The notes under the pieces: model-generated
What the model was told of the DNA's origin: nothing
What the model saw: the letters and a program-made list of their open reading frames with translations, nothing else
Database searches by the model: none
Shown here: positions 13,578 to 28,807 of the stretch, piece by piece
Layout: the number at the start of each line of letters is the position of its first letter
Position numbering within the stretch: position 1 is the first letter of the stretch
Program-made: the position numbers and the translations under genes
Assembly: GCA_044892525.1 (NCBI GenBank)
Contig: CM097885.1
Span: forward strand, 18,540,001 to 18,604,000
DNA length: 64,000 bases
From: Schmidtea polychroa
Lineage: Eukaryota
Reading direction: 5' to 3'

Positions 13578-16274
13578 ATAAATGTAATTTCTTGTCATAA
13601 TTTACAATTTTATATTCTTATTTATAAACGGATAATGATGTATAAATTCAGCTAAAAGCATTAATTTTACTCATTATTCTATTCGGTTGGGTTATTAAAA
13701 TTGTTTCAGTAGGAAAATAGTTAGTAATCTGACATCACGTGACCTTTATATATGAATGAATAAAAAATAAAAAGACTCAATATACAACTTTTTTTTGAAA
13801 ATACAATGATTACACATATTAAATCGTCCAATAAACAATTCTCCCAATTGATACAACAATTCTTTATTTCCTTTTAAAAGTCAGGAAACCGGATAATTAA
13901 TAAGAACCTGATCTAACACAATAATCCAACAAATAATATTACACTTGTTAACTTTGTTTAGCATGCTCACTATTCTTTAATTTAATCCTTTAAAGAAATT
14001 TTCTCCGACCTCTTCTTAGCTCCATATATTCAGGAATCATTTTCACTAACCATTTTCACGATTTATTCACTGACCACGACTAATGTACTATATCAGTTCT
14101 AGCCTACCATCCCGGTTAAAATCATCTAAGGTTAATTCAAGGTAATTTTTTGAGGTCATTAAGTTCGTTATAAAATCATTTAATGGTGAGATTTTGTGGG
14201 CAAAGTTATTTTAGAATACATTAAAGGTTAAAAAAGTCTCTAGAAGATTAAAATTTAAAGTTATTGAGCTTATTAATACTAATAATAGTTATTCTTAAAA
14301 ATAATGTGGTGGTGAGGTGGGTATGCTCGAATAAAAATTAGCAAGATCTGCGAGAATGTATTCGAATGAGAATTGGTAAATGTTGTTAGAACAGTGAGAG
14401 AGTTGAGAAAGGTAAAGGTAAAGTGGGTGTGGATAAATGAGAGTTGGAAATGTTGTGAGGGCAAAGTTGCAATTGCTGAAAGCTATAATGTGAGGATGAA
14501 AATGAGAGTGAGCGAATACGAATGGGTGAACATTTTTATTAACTCGACTTGATATTAAAATATTTACTTACTTAATGAAATATTAATTATTACGTTTATT
14601 ATAGCTTAAAGATACAATAACAATTCTATCAAGATGTTAAGTATGTAAGTGGGTATACGACTAACACAGGATGCTTCTGATCTGACTCCAAAGATCTTTT
14701 AGTTTCTCAAATAACAATTCAACTCATTTTTCAAATTTTTTCAAATGCAGTTTCCCTAGAAAACTGTTGCAAATATTACCAAATTTAGTTTTGATCCCAA
14801 GCCTTACTCAAAACTGTTACAATTGATTTATTCGATTACTAGATAATCAATTTCTGTTTTGGTAAAACGACATTTTGCAATTTAAAATAAATATATAAAT
14901 GGGTAAAATAACACTTAAAACACTAATTACCTTCTATTTATGAAACCAATCTTCTAGCAACAAGTAAAAGTAATTCTAATTTCCACGAAAATTTCCTCGT
15001 TTAAATGTTTTCTAGATTGTTGACTGCCTGCTGTCGTCTATGAAAATCGATATTTCCAATCTGTGTTAATATTTATTCTGTGCAAAATTGCTTTCTCGTT
15101 CTTCGCTAATATTTGTTTGACTTTCTGCCTAAAATTATGATTTCTTTTGTACTAAATGCTAAATTGTTTGACTCACCTAAATTTACCAAATTAAATAATG
15201 CTTAATTTTAAATAAAAGTTTTTTCTATTTCTATTATTTAAATTTCTATTATTTCTATTTAAATTACTATTTATATTTTCTATTTATTTATAGTAATTGT
15301 TTTCTTATTGTTATTACTTCTATTTATATTTTTAGCTATTTACACTGGCTATTTTAACCGACCCATATCCTTCCAATTATACTGCCTAAGCAAGCCCCAA
15401 GCGAGCTTAGACCCAACCCTAACAAAGATAAAAGAAGACCAGATGAAGTTAAAGGTTTTAATATTATCAGTCTTCATGAGCATGACCAAATGTCTGTACC
15501 TGAAATAACATGATGGGATACATTTTGAATTAATAGTAAAATGCTGAAATATATATACTAACTTTTATTACATTGTGGTATTTTAAGACTGTTTGTAATA
15601 TTTGGTATAATTGGTATATTTGATGTCTTCAAAACTTGTAGTTTAACTAAATTTGATTAAAATTAGCTAAATCTATCATTCAGTATATTAGATGCTTGAA
15701 TTTTTGAATTAATTACATCCATATTTCAAAAACAAAACAAAAATATATTTTTAAAAACAACACGAAACCTCTTTTATTTAAACAATCTCGGTTTTTAGTT
15801 TTAAGGATATTTTCGCAAGCATGAGTTAGTAATTGAATAGGGAATATTTGTACACAAGCATTCAATAAATATTTTATATTTTAATTTTCAATCATTCTTA
15901 AATATATTTAATTTATTATTTTAAATAATAATTTATTATCTACTTTTATTATATAATTTCAATCTATTTAAAACTGGAAAATAATACTAACTCTATTTAA
16001 TTACTTCACACTATTTTTATTAACTGGTATCAAAATGTTTGATTACTAGTTATGTTCTCAGCTAAATGTCCACAGAAATTTCCACTACATAATATCTAAA
16101 CTAATGCTGAGATGTTTCGATGATAAAATTGACTGATTTCACTGTAGTTAGATATCTTTTTGTTTTAATAATTGGAGTTGGCGGTTTTTGTGAAAAATTA
16201 AAAAATTGTTATTTAAAAATCCTTTGATTAAATATATATTGTTGGTTTATAGATTTTTGCTGATAAATTTAAAG

Positions 16275-19023
16275 ATGGATTTAAAGTTGTATTTAACTGG
16301 CGACCACGCCGAAAATCAGAACATCAACTCCATTTCGAAATCGACAAAATCGCTAATAGAATGCCTACCGAAATCATGTCAAGACATGCTCATACTGAAC
16401 ATCAGACGATATGATGGACGAGGTTTAAAAGAAGCCGAAGAATGGATTAGGAATATAGAAGAATGGCTGCTGACAAGTGGACAGCGATTGACAAGCACTT
16501 TCGATGTGTTATTGATAGCAGGAGCAAAGACATTGTAGGGAAACGTCAGGGAAGCAGAAACAACAGATGTGAAATCCAAAGCGTGGTTCTTATATACGTT
16601 CACAATTACAAAATCAATAACTGACAAAATCAGATAATTGGCAGCTATGGAACAGAAAGATGATGAAAGGTTTGCAGCTTTTGAGATACGGCTAAGAAAA
16701 GCTTTAGCTGAAGTTGTAAATTCAGGACGATCAGAAGAAGATATTGTTCAAGACCTCATCGCAAATAAGGCACGCGATGCGAGGCTACGGGAGATACTAT
16801 TGACGAAACCAGAAACAAAAATTGAAGAAACGAGATCATTGGCGAACATTTTTAAAAGTAACAAAAATGAAAACAATAAAACGGAATTTATTAAAGCAAT
16901 CGGTCAAAAAACATACGCTAGCGTGACTGAGGGAGGGCAGATGAGAATTCAAAAGAATACCCAAGATCCCATGCCTACATCACCACAAAGAAGACTATCA
17001 GAAGAGTCATTTAGTCACCACAGATAAAAAAGAGACGAACATCCTATACGCGGACCAATACAATACGAAGGAAATAACTATGGTCGTCGAGAACAATCTC
17101 CAAGAAAACAATTCTTGAGAAATACGAGAATACGAGATCAGAAAGGAAGCTACCAACAATATCCATGAAGAATATTGCAACCACAAGCATCGATCCCAAA
17201 ATTAACGGTAGGTGATTTTTTTCTGTGGCGAAAGGGGACACAGAAGGTATAAGTGTCCACTGGAAAATAAATATATGTGGCAAGGAAGAACACGGGTTCC
17301 CAGATTGTTTTTTGTTACGGAAAGAGGTTCCAAATTCAAAATTTGAAAGAAGAGATTACACCGAGAACAGCCAGATTTCAGAACTGCTCACAGCAACATG
17401 GAAGATAGATACAATGTCCCTGAGAAATATACTACATTGAGAGAAGACGGAAAAAAAATCAGTGACTCCATGGGTTTCACTTCGTCGGTGGAGTCAAGAC
17501 AATAAATTGTGAAAGAAGAAATGAACGACGAAGATGGAAAGATGGAAGAAATTGAAGTAAAATCATGTTGAATAATGTCAAAACAGAGATGTTATGGGAC
17601 TCTGGAGCATCAGTAACAGTCTTGAGCAAGAATTTGTGGGAGAAAATAGGCAAACCAGAACTTCAACGTAGTATGATATTAATATGCGGAGTTTTTTCAA
17701 CTGGGGGTGAAGAAGCAATGTGATACATATGACTATACCGGCCACATGGAATCAGAAGACCAAAATAACCACAGTAGTAGTGGTAAAAGAGATCAAACCC
17801 GAATTCATAGGGGCATTGATACAATGAAAGAGTTTGGAGTAAAATTAGTGAAAATCAATAATATAGAAACGTCATTGATAAACAAAATCTACACTGATTA
17901 AGAAAGAATAAATAAAGCACTAGTGGCGATGGCAGGTGAGAATAGTAAAGATATTAAAGGAATGATCAGGGAATACGGTGGAATTTTATGGCATCGAAAT
18001 TCGATCTGAGATTCACAAACTTAGTTCGACAGGAGATGCGGATAACAGGAGGCCCAATAATGCAACATCCTCGACGTCAACCAATGAACATGAAAAAAAG
18101 GATTGAAGAGCAGATAAAAGAGTTAGTGAAAGCAAATTTTATTCGGGGTTGCAAGAGTCCCTGGAATGCCCCGTTAGTGATAGTAAGGAAGAAAGATGAA
18201 TCTATCAGGATGTGTGTAGATTATCGTGGATTGAATTCCATAACAGAAAAGGAGTCATTTCCGATGCCTAATACCAAATTCTTACTAGACTGTCTCGCGA
18301 ATGCAAAAATATTTTCGTCAATCGATTTAGGTCAGGCGTATTTTCAAGTGGAGTTATCTCTAGAAATTCAAGAAATTACTGCATTCAGTACAAGAGAAAG
18401 ACTACCGTTTGGCTTAGCAACAGCGCCAGCGACATTCCAGAGACTGATGCACACAGTGCTAGAATGAATGCTATTCAAGGGAATAGTAATTTATCTAGAT
18501 GATATCTTGATATATGGTAAAAGTCAAAAAGACCATGATGAGCTATTACTGGAAATATTCAGAAGAATTCAAATAGCAGGACTGAAGATAAATCCAGAAA
18601 AATTCTAATTAATAAAACAGAATTGTGTTTCCTTGGTCGTACAGTTAACGAGAAGGGTATCCAGACAAACAGAAAGAAAGTGAAAGCGATGGAGAAAGCA
18701 GAAGTACCAAATTGTTCAAAACAATTGAGTTCGTTTCTCGGATTAACGAACTACTATAGAAGATTCATCAAAGACTATGCCAAAATCGCCAAACCATTAT
18801 ACGCTGCAACATCTGGATGCGATAAAGATATAAATTGGACTAAAGAAGGCAATGAGAGCTTCCAAACTCTGAAGAGACGGTTGTGCGAAGTACCTATCCT
18901 TGATTTTCCAAGAGAAAATATGACTTTTATCCTAGACACAGACGCTAGTTTCGGAGCCATTGGTGCAGTTTTGATTCAAATTACAGAAGATGGAGAAGAA
19001 TCTGTCATAGCTTATGGCTCGAG
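16275..19023 (+). mobile_element. Ty3/Gypsy LTR retrotransposon gag-pol (5' part), pseudogenised
   Basis: Gag with CCHC knuckles (~17210-17310); protease LWDSGAS (~17590); RT SPWNAPLVIVRKKD..RMCVDYRGLN, LPFGLATAPATFQR, YLDDILI (~18490); RNase H ILDTDAS..IAYGSR; many stops and frameshifts. Confidence 0.93.
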
Positions 19024-20140
<1,117 letters not shown>

Positions 20141-20195
20141 CAAATAAGAACTAAATCAATAATTATATTAAATAAATTTTATTTCAATACAAAAT

Positions 20196-23100
20196 TCATT
20201 CAAGAACATATTGATGTTCCCTTTCATATGGAAAGTGTGGGTGACCATAATCATCATTTGGGAAATATGGATGAACATATTGATCATTTTCTTCGTCCGG
20301 ATCACTAACTTCAGCATCGTTACTATGACACATAACCGTGTTAAATATTTTATAATGACCATATGCTAAACTTTCATTTTTATTTACCCAATGCCTCTTA
20401 TCATCATTATTAGTTAGGGCTAATTTTATATTTTTTATTGTAAATAACTGATGATTTTTACTTACTATTCGAGATTGTGGTACTGAAATCATCGAATTAT
20501 TATGATAACAATCAAGGTACGATTGATGTTTTAAGTCGGTACCCTTCAATGTTATTCCCTTAGCCTTGTTGCTCTCTTTATCACCCAAAAGGCTATAGCA
20601 TTTAGACCTTAAAAACACCCATTCCTTATATCTACCCCCTTTATTTTCATCTTTGAATTTACCAATGACGGAATCAAGAGCTCTTGAATATAATTCATGA
20701 GATGAATCACAATTCGATGTATCCAGCATGTTATCTCTTACCATAGCTGGTAAAAGCACATCTAATTTGCATCCTTTAACCTCTAAAAAGAAGGAATCAG
20801 TGTCACCTGCAATAATATTGATTTCACAGCTAAAATCATCTCGATATTTTTGTAAATCAATATATTGCAACTGATACATACGTAATTTGCAAAGATCCAG
20901 TACAGATTGACCAATGTAACTAGGTCTATCCAAACACACTGAATCCTTATTTAATAGAACGGCTATTAAGTCATGATATATTTTATAAGTCTTTTTAAAT
21001 GTGGGTTTAGTAATAAGTAATTTTTGTAATAAGTAATAAGTAATCAGTTTAGAAGCTGAATTACACAATCTCAAGTTCAATCGTTTCTTCAAATTTTCGA
21101 CTGTCTTTCCATATAAAATATTGTTAAGAAGCTTAAAATAGTTTTTATCAAGAGTATTTGTTGACACAGCTCGAAGTTGGGTGTTTGTGTCAATGTAATT
21201 TTTGAATATAGTAGACTGATGATATTTGATAGCCCTGTGAATTTGAGTAACTTTTACTCCAAGAGAAAGATAAAGTTGTAGAAGTTTCCAATGAAGAACA
21301 TAGTTCTTCTTGGGTAAATGTGTGAGCATCAACTTCTCCACTTTAGATCCTGGAGCACACATTTTTTCAGCTGCAACCGGAAAATCATTAAGTTTATTGT
21401 GAATAGATGTTGGAATATCTAGATCCACTTCCATAGTATACCCATATGAAAGTGAATCTAGATCAATAGATTCACAGTCTTTTAATAAATTAATTAATTC
21501 AGGCTCATCCGTCACCCAAGAAAATTCACCCCTAGGTAGTTTTTGGCTAAGAGCCCAGCCGTACAAATTATTAATATCGATATATAGAAGTTCAGTATTT
21601 TCATTTGTATTAACATAATGTTTGTTTACAAATGTCAACCCCCCTCTTATACGACACTCAAAGAAATTAAACATCTCCATGTCTTGAATCAACTCGATGG
21701 GTTCGTCTAAAGTCATCAGAGCTGAATTCCAAGACATACCGGGAATGCCCAAGAAGTTTAAAGGTTCAAGACGATTATGAGCTAAAGATTTATTTCGAAA
21801 CTGCTGGAAAAAGTCAGCTAAAAGAAAGACATCTAGTTTTAGATAGACCATCATATAATCACAAAGGTTATTACAGTTGGTTTCGCTCCATATAATTTCA
21901 GCCATGGAATATTCGTCTTCAGTAACACCATCCCAAATTGGCGGTAATTGGGGAGTTGACCGAAGCACTTCAAGACTAGTGGCAAAATTATATGGGAAAA
22001 TTCCTTTATTATTAACAATGGTTCCCCTAAATTCTGATCGTGTTATCGGTAAATTAGTAAGAGTTTTAACAGCGTCATTTAACGAACTATTAATAAATTG
22101 GCAGGAATCGATAAATTTAAAATTTAAACCACCTATTCTCGCAGATAATGTTAAGAACTTTTCAGTTGTCGTTGGAATGCATGAAATATTCCAAGATTTA
22201 AAGCTACTCAATCCGTATTTGAGGATATGATGAAGATCATACCCTCGCAAGTTATGGAAAACAATTGGAAATTCATATCTTATTTGACGAGAATTATTAC
22301 AAGTTGAACAAGCTGCTCCCAAATATTTACCAGTAAAGTGATCATGATCTTTAGTCGGGTTTACTAAGGTTTTCTTGCAAAGATAACACATAACTGCGGA
22401 AGAAAAAGAAATAAGGTCAGCATCTGTAAAAATAATTTTCTTTTTCGAATTTTTATAAAAATAAGGTAAAACTGTTTTCATACCAATTTTTTCAATCTCT
22501 TTAAGAAAACTAACCATACAATCTAACCCTAAAAAACTTTTATATAATTTAGTCCCTGTGAAATTATTTATTAGCAAAAGTCCTGCAGAAATCGGCAAGT
22601 GCCTTTGAAAGTATCTATTATCAGTAGGTAAGATAGCCTCAAAGTCAGCGTAAACCACAAAAGGGGGAGTAACTGTTTTAGACCAATCATTAAAATATAA
22701 ATTCTTATTTAATGGTAAAGTATATAAAGTTGTTCCTAATTGATTTCTCTCACATAAACCTTTATGTTTATCTAAACAATCAAGTGTACGGAAGCCATTT
22801 AAACAGCGATTACACCACAGACTTTGAATTCGAGTACTAGTAACAGTAGAATTACGACAATTTAAAAGTCTATCAAGATTAGTGACTCCTATATAATGAA
22901 AAGAATCACTGCTTTCCAACAAAATTAAATTAATCGGTCTTCCGCCTACAACTTTCGATCTATGTATGATGTCAACATAAGGATGTTTTAATACTTCAGA
23001 ATTATTTAAAATATCCACTAAAGCATCCTCATCGTATGCAAGAACATTAATCGAAAGCCCTGGATTTTTATCTTCAAATTTAGGTATATTACAGAGACGC

Positions 23101-25324
23101 ATCGGTAGGTCAGAAGGATCAAAGACTAGATCAGACAGATTATAATTACTAATTCGATTTCTATGATTGCCATCAACGTCATCGTATTTCAAATTAGCCA
23201 AAATGCTATAGATGAAACACAAATCATCCGTATTGTTGATATTTATTACGCAATGTTTATTTAGTAATGATTTAGGAGTTGGAAGAGAACCCTTCCCACT
23301 CAATCTACTTATTTGAGAAAATTTTGTAATAACAAAATGTATTTCTTTAATTTTATTAATAATCCAATTACTTCCCTTTTCATTAATTAAAGTAATTTTC
23401 TCATTAAGAATAGCAATACCTTCATCTAAAAAGGTATCACTCATGGGTCTTGCAGAATTTGAAATGACGAAAGATTGAAATTCTCCATCTTTTTCAAATT
23501 CCACTTCGATACAAAATTGAATCTTTACAGAACCCATTTCTCTGGTAACATTATTAAATTTATTAATTAAGGGCGTGGGTACGGTTAAAGAATTTAAATT
23601 TAAATTTTCAACCATCATTTTAACTATGGCATGTGATTTACGTAAATCATAATTTACAACCGGTTCTAATGATCCACCATATTGTATCGTACTATTATTA
23701 ATTATTTCGGCATCAGAGTCAGAAAGAGTTATTATATCAACTCCATTTTGAGAGTCAGATAGAAAATCTATATCCACATCATTTTCAAAATCAGGAAGAG
23801 TTACCATATTATTTAAAACTACATCATCGTCTTCAGAATCCGAGAGAATAATAATTTGATCATTATTATTTAAATTTTTAATTTTAGATGGACGAGGGTT
23901 ACTTATAGGCAAATCAGATTTCCTTTTATTAATTGAAAAATTAATTGGTAATTTAAAAATTTGTTTTTTCTTTAAAAGATTAAATCGATTTAGATGATCT
24001 TTATGTTGATCATAAAAGTTAGAATAATTTAATTTTTCAGTGGAATTACAAATGGGGCAAACAAAATAAATAACACGGTTATGGGGTTGGCCATAGTATT
24101 TTTCCATAGTTTTATGACAATCTTTGTCATGAAAGGATGAATTACAAAACTTTGGATATAAGATACCTAAGTTTCAAAAGAAATTATCAAAGGATTGCAT
24201 TATAAATAAAAATGAATATATGAAAATGAATATATGAACATCACAAATTGATTATTAGAAATAAATATTAAAAAAATCAAAAATACTATACACACAAAAA
24301 TAAAAAATTTTTCATCCAATAAAATTAAAATGATTTGTTAAAAAGAAACTAATTGGTCAACTCGATTTTTAAAATTAATATATATACTGAGTGCATGAAA
24401 TTATTATATTTAATGATGCAACAATATAAAAGTAATTTTATTATCATTATCTAGTATTGCTTAATCATTATTCTAGAAAGTTCAGTGAAAAAGATGGAGA
24501 AACAAGTAAATTCAGATATAATAAAGTTAATTCTACAGGAAAATTCAACATCGACAGTTAATCTTATTAGAAAATCTCCTGTTCAGTTCCTACAATATTC
24601 TATGGAATATTTAAAATACCCAATAACTTATTTATTTAAAGTAAATATATTTATATCATTTAATCAAATATTAATTAAATTTTTTATTAGGAACCTGTAA
24701 CTTTGAAACAGAGTTTATATAATATACAAGTAGGTAAAATTGGAGATATCGATAGAAAAAATATTTTAGAATTATTGTTGGCTATCAATAAAAATATTCA
24801 ATTCAATGAAAACTTTACATTTATGCATTGTGATAAAGATTATGCTTTAGAAAATATTAAAAAAAAATGAAAATTCACATTTTATGATTAAAAAATTCAA
24901 ATTCAGGGTTTTAAAGAAGGAAAAGAAACAATCAGCCCTATATGGAAAATAATTAATACTAATATATTATAAGTCTTTATTTGTTTCTTATGTTATGGTA
25001 TACATTATAATTTAATTAAAAATATTGCATTTAAATTTTTTTTTTGATAAATTTAAATTGATTAAATAAAATAATTAAATTTAAATAAAATCATAAATTA
25101 TTATTAATTAATAAATTCAAAATGGTTTTAATTTTTACTTTGAGTAAATTAAATTAAATTCAAATTTGTAAAATAAATTAAAATGAAATATAATATTTAA
25201 ATTAATATTAATTTAATTAAAATGAAAATATTACAGTAAAAATATCTTTAAATACTGAAAAATATATATAATACTTACATTTTATCATGTTTGCATTAAT
25301 TTTCTTGGAATTATTTGGAACCAT
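20196..25324 (-). CDS. POLB: Protein-primed family B DNA polymerase (element A). Main exon 20196-24166, predicted upstream exon ending 25279; several non-consensus substitutions
   Basis: Exo VYADFE; endonuclease VII-like CYLC..DHDHFTGKYLGAACSTCN; YIDINNLYG; KLLNNILYGK; GDTDS. Splice AAAT|gtaagt (25278) to ttag|GT (24167) has the same position and phase as in element B. Confidence 0.9.
24494..24972 (+). pseudogene. Frameshifted homologue of the 136/139-aa 'SPIWKI' protein, antisense inside the predicted PolB intron
   Basis: PVQFLQYSMEYLK..(intron 24641-24690)..EPVTL..IQGFKEGKETISPIWKII aligns with PVQMFHNYKMYFLK..PVKL..IQGYKVDNNDVYSPIWKIM. Confidence 0.65.
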
Positions 25325-25709
25325 TTTATCATTGTTGCTGTTTAAGTTTTTTGTTGTTCATGTTATTTGAGTGGTTGCAAATCTTGCTATTGACGTTGTT
25401 CATGTTATTTGAGTTGTTGTAATTGTTGTTGTTGTTGCAATTCATTACCTAGAAAACATAAGAGAATTATTAATTAATTAATTACATAAAACTTACAAAA
25501 GTTTGGGTATTGATAAAAGTGACTTTTAAATGAATTGTTTTCATTTATATACTACATATTACACAACAATGATTCAATAAAATAGTAACCAATAAAATTC
25601 AAGAAACCAAACACGTAATCACATACCATTAAATTATATTTACTAGTAGGATGACATAAAAAATTACAAACTAACAAGATAATATTTATTTGATTAAATT
25701 TTCTTATAT

Positions 25710-26095
25710 TCAAAGATCTTTCATTGACTTCAACCACGCTAAACAATGTTGCCCACATGTTTTTGTCAATGGACTTTGATAGCGAATTTTATTATATTCA
25801 ATCGGCATTAACAATGATTGAAGTTTTGATATTAATAGAGGAGGATAATAAAACCCCATGGGATCAAATGCATATATTTTTTCCGGTTTCACATAAACTG
25901 CGAGCCAATGCTCTCCCTTGAGATTACAAGATTGAGTATTTACAATTAAAGCCTTGTTTACATCAATATATGATATTTTATCTAATGGAAAAACTCCAAG
26001 AAATTCAGCTCCGAACAATCTTCGACCTATGTATTCAATCTGAATAGAACTATTATCAATAAATTAAAGTAATAAAAATGAAATTCTTACTTCAT
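25710..26095 (-). CDS. PRO: Adenain-like cysteine protease (A), 41-bp intron 26050-26090
   Basis: GEHWLAVY / FDPMG / YQSPLTKTCGQHC catalytic His-Asp-Gln-Cys pattern; spliced start MNSIQIEYIG. Confidence 0.9.
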
Positions 26096-26157
26096 TTTTA
26101 ATAATTATTGTTTCCTAATTTGGTTTATAGTTCAAGCCAATCATTTTCAAACTTTAT

Positions 26158-27381
26158 TTACACTAGTACTGTACGATTGGATGTAATTTGAAGCTCTTTT
26201 TCAAAGACGCCATAGACTATTACAGAAATTGATTCTGTTAGAGGTGTTCCAAATTTAATATCAAGTCTTAAATTTCCTTGCTGTGGCGATTGACTTTGAT
26301 TAAGATCAAAGTCTGGAGTCAATACAAATGTAAAGAATGGGTACTTTTCTTTAAAGTCAGACATACTAATTCCACAATTAATATTCTTATTAAGGTAACA
26401 CATATTTCTAATTATTGACTGCATATAACTTGTACTATAATTATCATTTTCAAAATCTTGACTATATTTTTCACGATAGTCGCTTCCTTTCAATAAAGTT
26501 ATTGATTTTACTTTATTGTGGTCGTACATTGAATAAGAATTTGTTAGTGATCCATTATTTCTTTTATTTCTTTGAAATGTTACAAGGATAAAATTTGGTA
26601 ATCGCCGATCACCAAAGATTTGTTCTTTATAAAAAGAAGATCCAGTAGGTAACGAAAATTTGACAACTTCCTTGCTTCTCAAAGGATAAATTGCATTTCT
26701 TGAAGCAAGTCCAATTTGATGACCAGCTAAAACGGATGGTTCAACTCGAACTCTTCTTACCATTAATTTTGCATCTAATAATTCAATTTTAGGTTCTACT
26801 TTTGTACATGTTAAACTATGTGATGGACTTGATCTCGTCAATTTAATTTGGACACTAACACCAGGTAATAAATATTTTGGTTGATCCATAAAATCAAATT
26901 GTATTGGTGAACATAATGAAAATGGTTTAGATTTTGCAATCCACGCTTTTCTTATATTATCATCTTCACTGTACCCCATACCTTCTAAACATGTACGTTT
27001 TGTATCATGATTGTAATTTAATATGGTTTCGATTAATGCTTTATGAGCAAATGTATCATTTCCTCCTTCAACTTTAATAGAATTAAAAATTAATTCAGCT
27101 TCTTTAAAAAGAGTTTGGAAGAAGAAATTGTTTGCAGTTACAACAGAATCATCAGAAATATTTTCACCTACATTATTTACAACTTTCAACTGAAGATAAA
27201 GTAAAGTATCATTCAAATCTAAATATTCGGTTTGAGATCCGTTAATGTAAAATTGAATTGAAGAGGTACCAGTATCCGTAATTGAATTCGTTGGATAAAT
27301 ATCTTCAAATGAACCATGTTCAATTACTGCTTGAGGTGATGGTCTATCAAAAATACATAATTCAGATTTTGCACTAATCAT
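26158..27381 (-). CDS. PY: Major capsid protein (double jelly-roll, Polinton PY) (A)
   Basis: KSELCIFD.P.PQ..IE; YLDLNDTLL; QPKYLLPGV; GNLRLDIKF; 407 aa; position in the capsid module. Confidence 0.88.
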   Translation of the reverse strand: MISAKSELCIFDRPSPQAVIEHGSFEDIYPTNSITDTGTSSIQFYINGSQTEYLDLNDTLLYLQLKVVNNVGENISDDSVVTANNFFFQTLFKEAELIFNSIKVEGGNDTFAHKALIETILNYNHDTKRTCLEGMGYSEDDNIRKAWIAKSKPFSLCSPIQFDFMDQPKYLLPGVSVQIKLTRSSPSHSLTCTKVEPKIELLDAKLMVRRVRVEPSVLAGHQIGLASRNAIYPLRSKEVVKFSLPTGSSFYKEQIFGDRRLPNFILVTFQRNKRNNGSLTNSYSMYDHNKVKSITLLKGSDYREKYSQDFENDNYSTSYMQSIIRNMCYLNKNINCGISMSDFKEKYPFFTFVLTPDFDLNQSQSPQQGNLRLDIKFGTPLTESISVIVYGVFEKELQITSNRTVLV

Positions 27382-27779
27382 TTTTCAAATATAGTTCCAA
27401 AGCCTTTCATTCTTTTGTTTATATGCTTCTTTAATGTTTTTCTGCGTTTAATCAGTCCACCTTTTTGTTCATTCTCTTGTTTATTAAAAACATCAGATAC
27501 TTTATTAATTACAGTAGGCAAATGTTGAATTACATCAGGTAGTGAATGTTTAATTTCAGATAAAACATTTGATTTTAAAGCAGGTAGAATTTTTGAATTG
27601 TTATTTATTACATCATGTGCAGTTTTCATACCAAAATTACCTATGCGTCTAAGAATTGGTAAAGTAAATCGACCTATTGTTTTTAACAAACCTGTTCCAT
27701 ATTGTTTACCAACAAAATATGGTAGATCTCCACCAGATTGACTATTACTATAAAAGTTTACAATATCAGGATTATTCAT
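27378..27779 (-). CDS. Small virion/core precursor with QSGG/QYGTG sites and amphipathic helix (A)
   Basis: Homologous to 41485-41847 and 51733-52098; lies between minor and major capsid genes. Confidence 0.75.
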   Translation of the reverse strand: MNNPDIVNFYSNSQSGGDLPYFVGKQYGTGLLKTIGRFTLPILRRIGNFGMKTAHDVINNNSKILPALKSNVLSEIKHSLPDVIQHLPTVINKVSDVFNKQENEQKGGLIKRRKTLKKHINKRMKGFGTIFEK

Positions 27780-28802
27780 TTATTTTACGAAAATGTAGTG
27801 TTAAATGTGTTTTGGTGTCTTTTGAAAATTTAACTAAATTTCCACTATCGTTGCGAATATTAATTTCAATGTTGTTTATAGATGAAGATGAAATTGGAAA
27901 GTACATTGGGTTCTTTATTTCTAACTGTACTACCTCTCCCTGTTCATATCTTTTAATCCATATCGATTTTAATAGAGGATTTTAACATCACCAACATTTA
28001 TTGGTTCAATGATATTAGAATAAATAAACATTTGTTGGTGAATTTTAAATATTTTTGGAATTTTCACACCAACAAAGTCTTTTTCATTATAAGTTTGATT
28101 CTTTAATCCTAAAGCTTTTGTTAATTTTTGATCAAAAGTGATATTTGAAATATCATCTAAAAGTGTTATTTTTACCAATTCTTGATTTTGAAGATTTATT
28201 TCTTTAAATGGAGATGGATTAATTGTCATTAAATACCCTCGCAACTCTGATAAAGTAGTTAAGAATAATTCATCTTCAAAATAATGTTCGAATTTTGTCT
28301 TGATATCGTAATTTATAGTTATCCCAATTTGTTCAATGATATTATTTTCAGTAAATTTAGGTAATTTAATTCGACAATGGTCAGTTTTGCTAATGATTGA
28401 TATGGTTTTTAATTCAAACTTAGATGCATGTTTTGTGTCAAGAAATGATATTTTAAATGGAACATGTGGACAAACTATCACTAAGTTTTCATATCTTTCC
28501 AAGAACACATCAACATCTGGATTATATGTAGAATTTAAAATTTCTATGATTTTGTTTTGATTATCAATTTTCAAGTATTTAGTTTCTTCGCATGATTTTT
28601 TAAATTCGTATTGTACCCATGAATTACTGTAATACGGAAAATGATTATACACAAATGTAAAATCAATCAAAGCTACTTCCCACTTCCCATTCAAATAAAT
28701 TGGGTTTTGAAATTCAACTTTAAAATTACTAGCATTATTATCAGGATAAATAAGAGGACAACTATTACTAGGTAAAATCATATAAAACTGGTTTTCCTTC
28801 AT
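27772..28802 (-). pseudogene. Minor capsid (penton, PX-like) (A), frameshift near 27975
   Basis: FYMILPSNS..PDNNASNF..PIYLNGKWEVAL; the C-terminal NNIEINIRNDSG..KTHLTLHFRK lies in another frame. Confidence 0.85.
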
Positions 28803-28807
28803 AATAT

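Noticed and set aside
16025..16036. TGGTATCA as tRNA-Met PBS of the Gypsy element
   Set aside because: Only 8 nt match and no LTR could be delimited next to it.
25552..25758. Small hydrophobic ORF after A's protease
   Set aside because: No counterpart seen in B; could be chance in AT-rich DNA.
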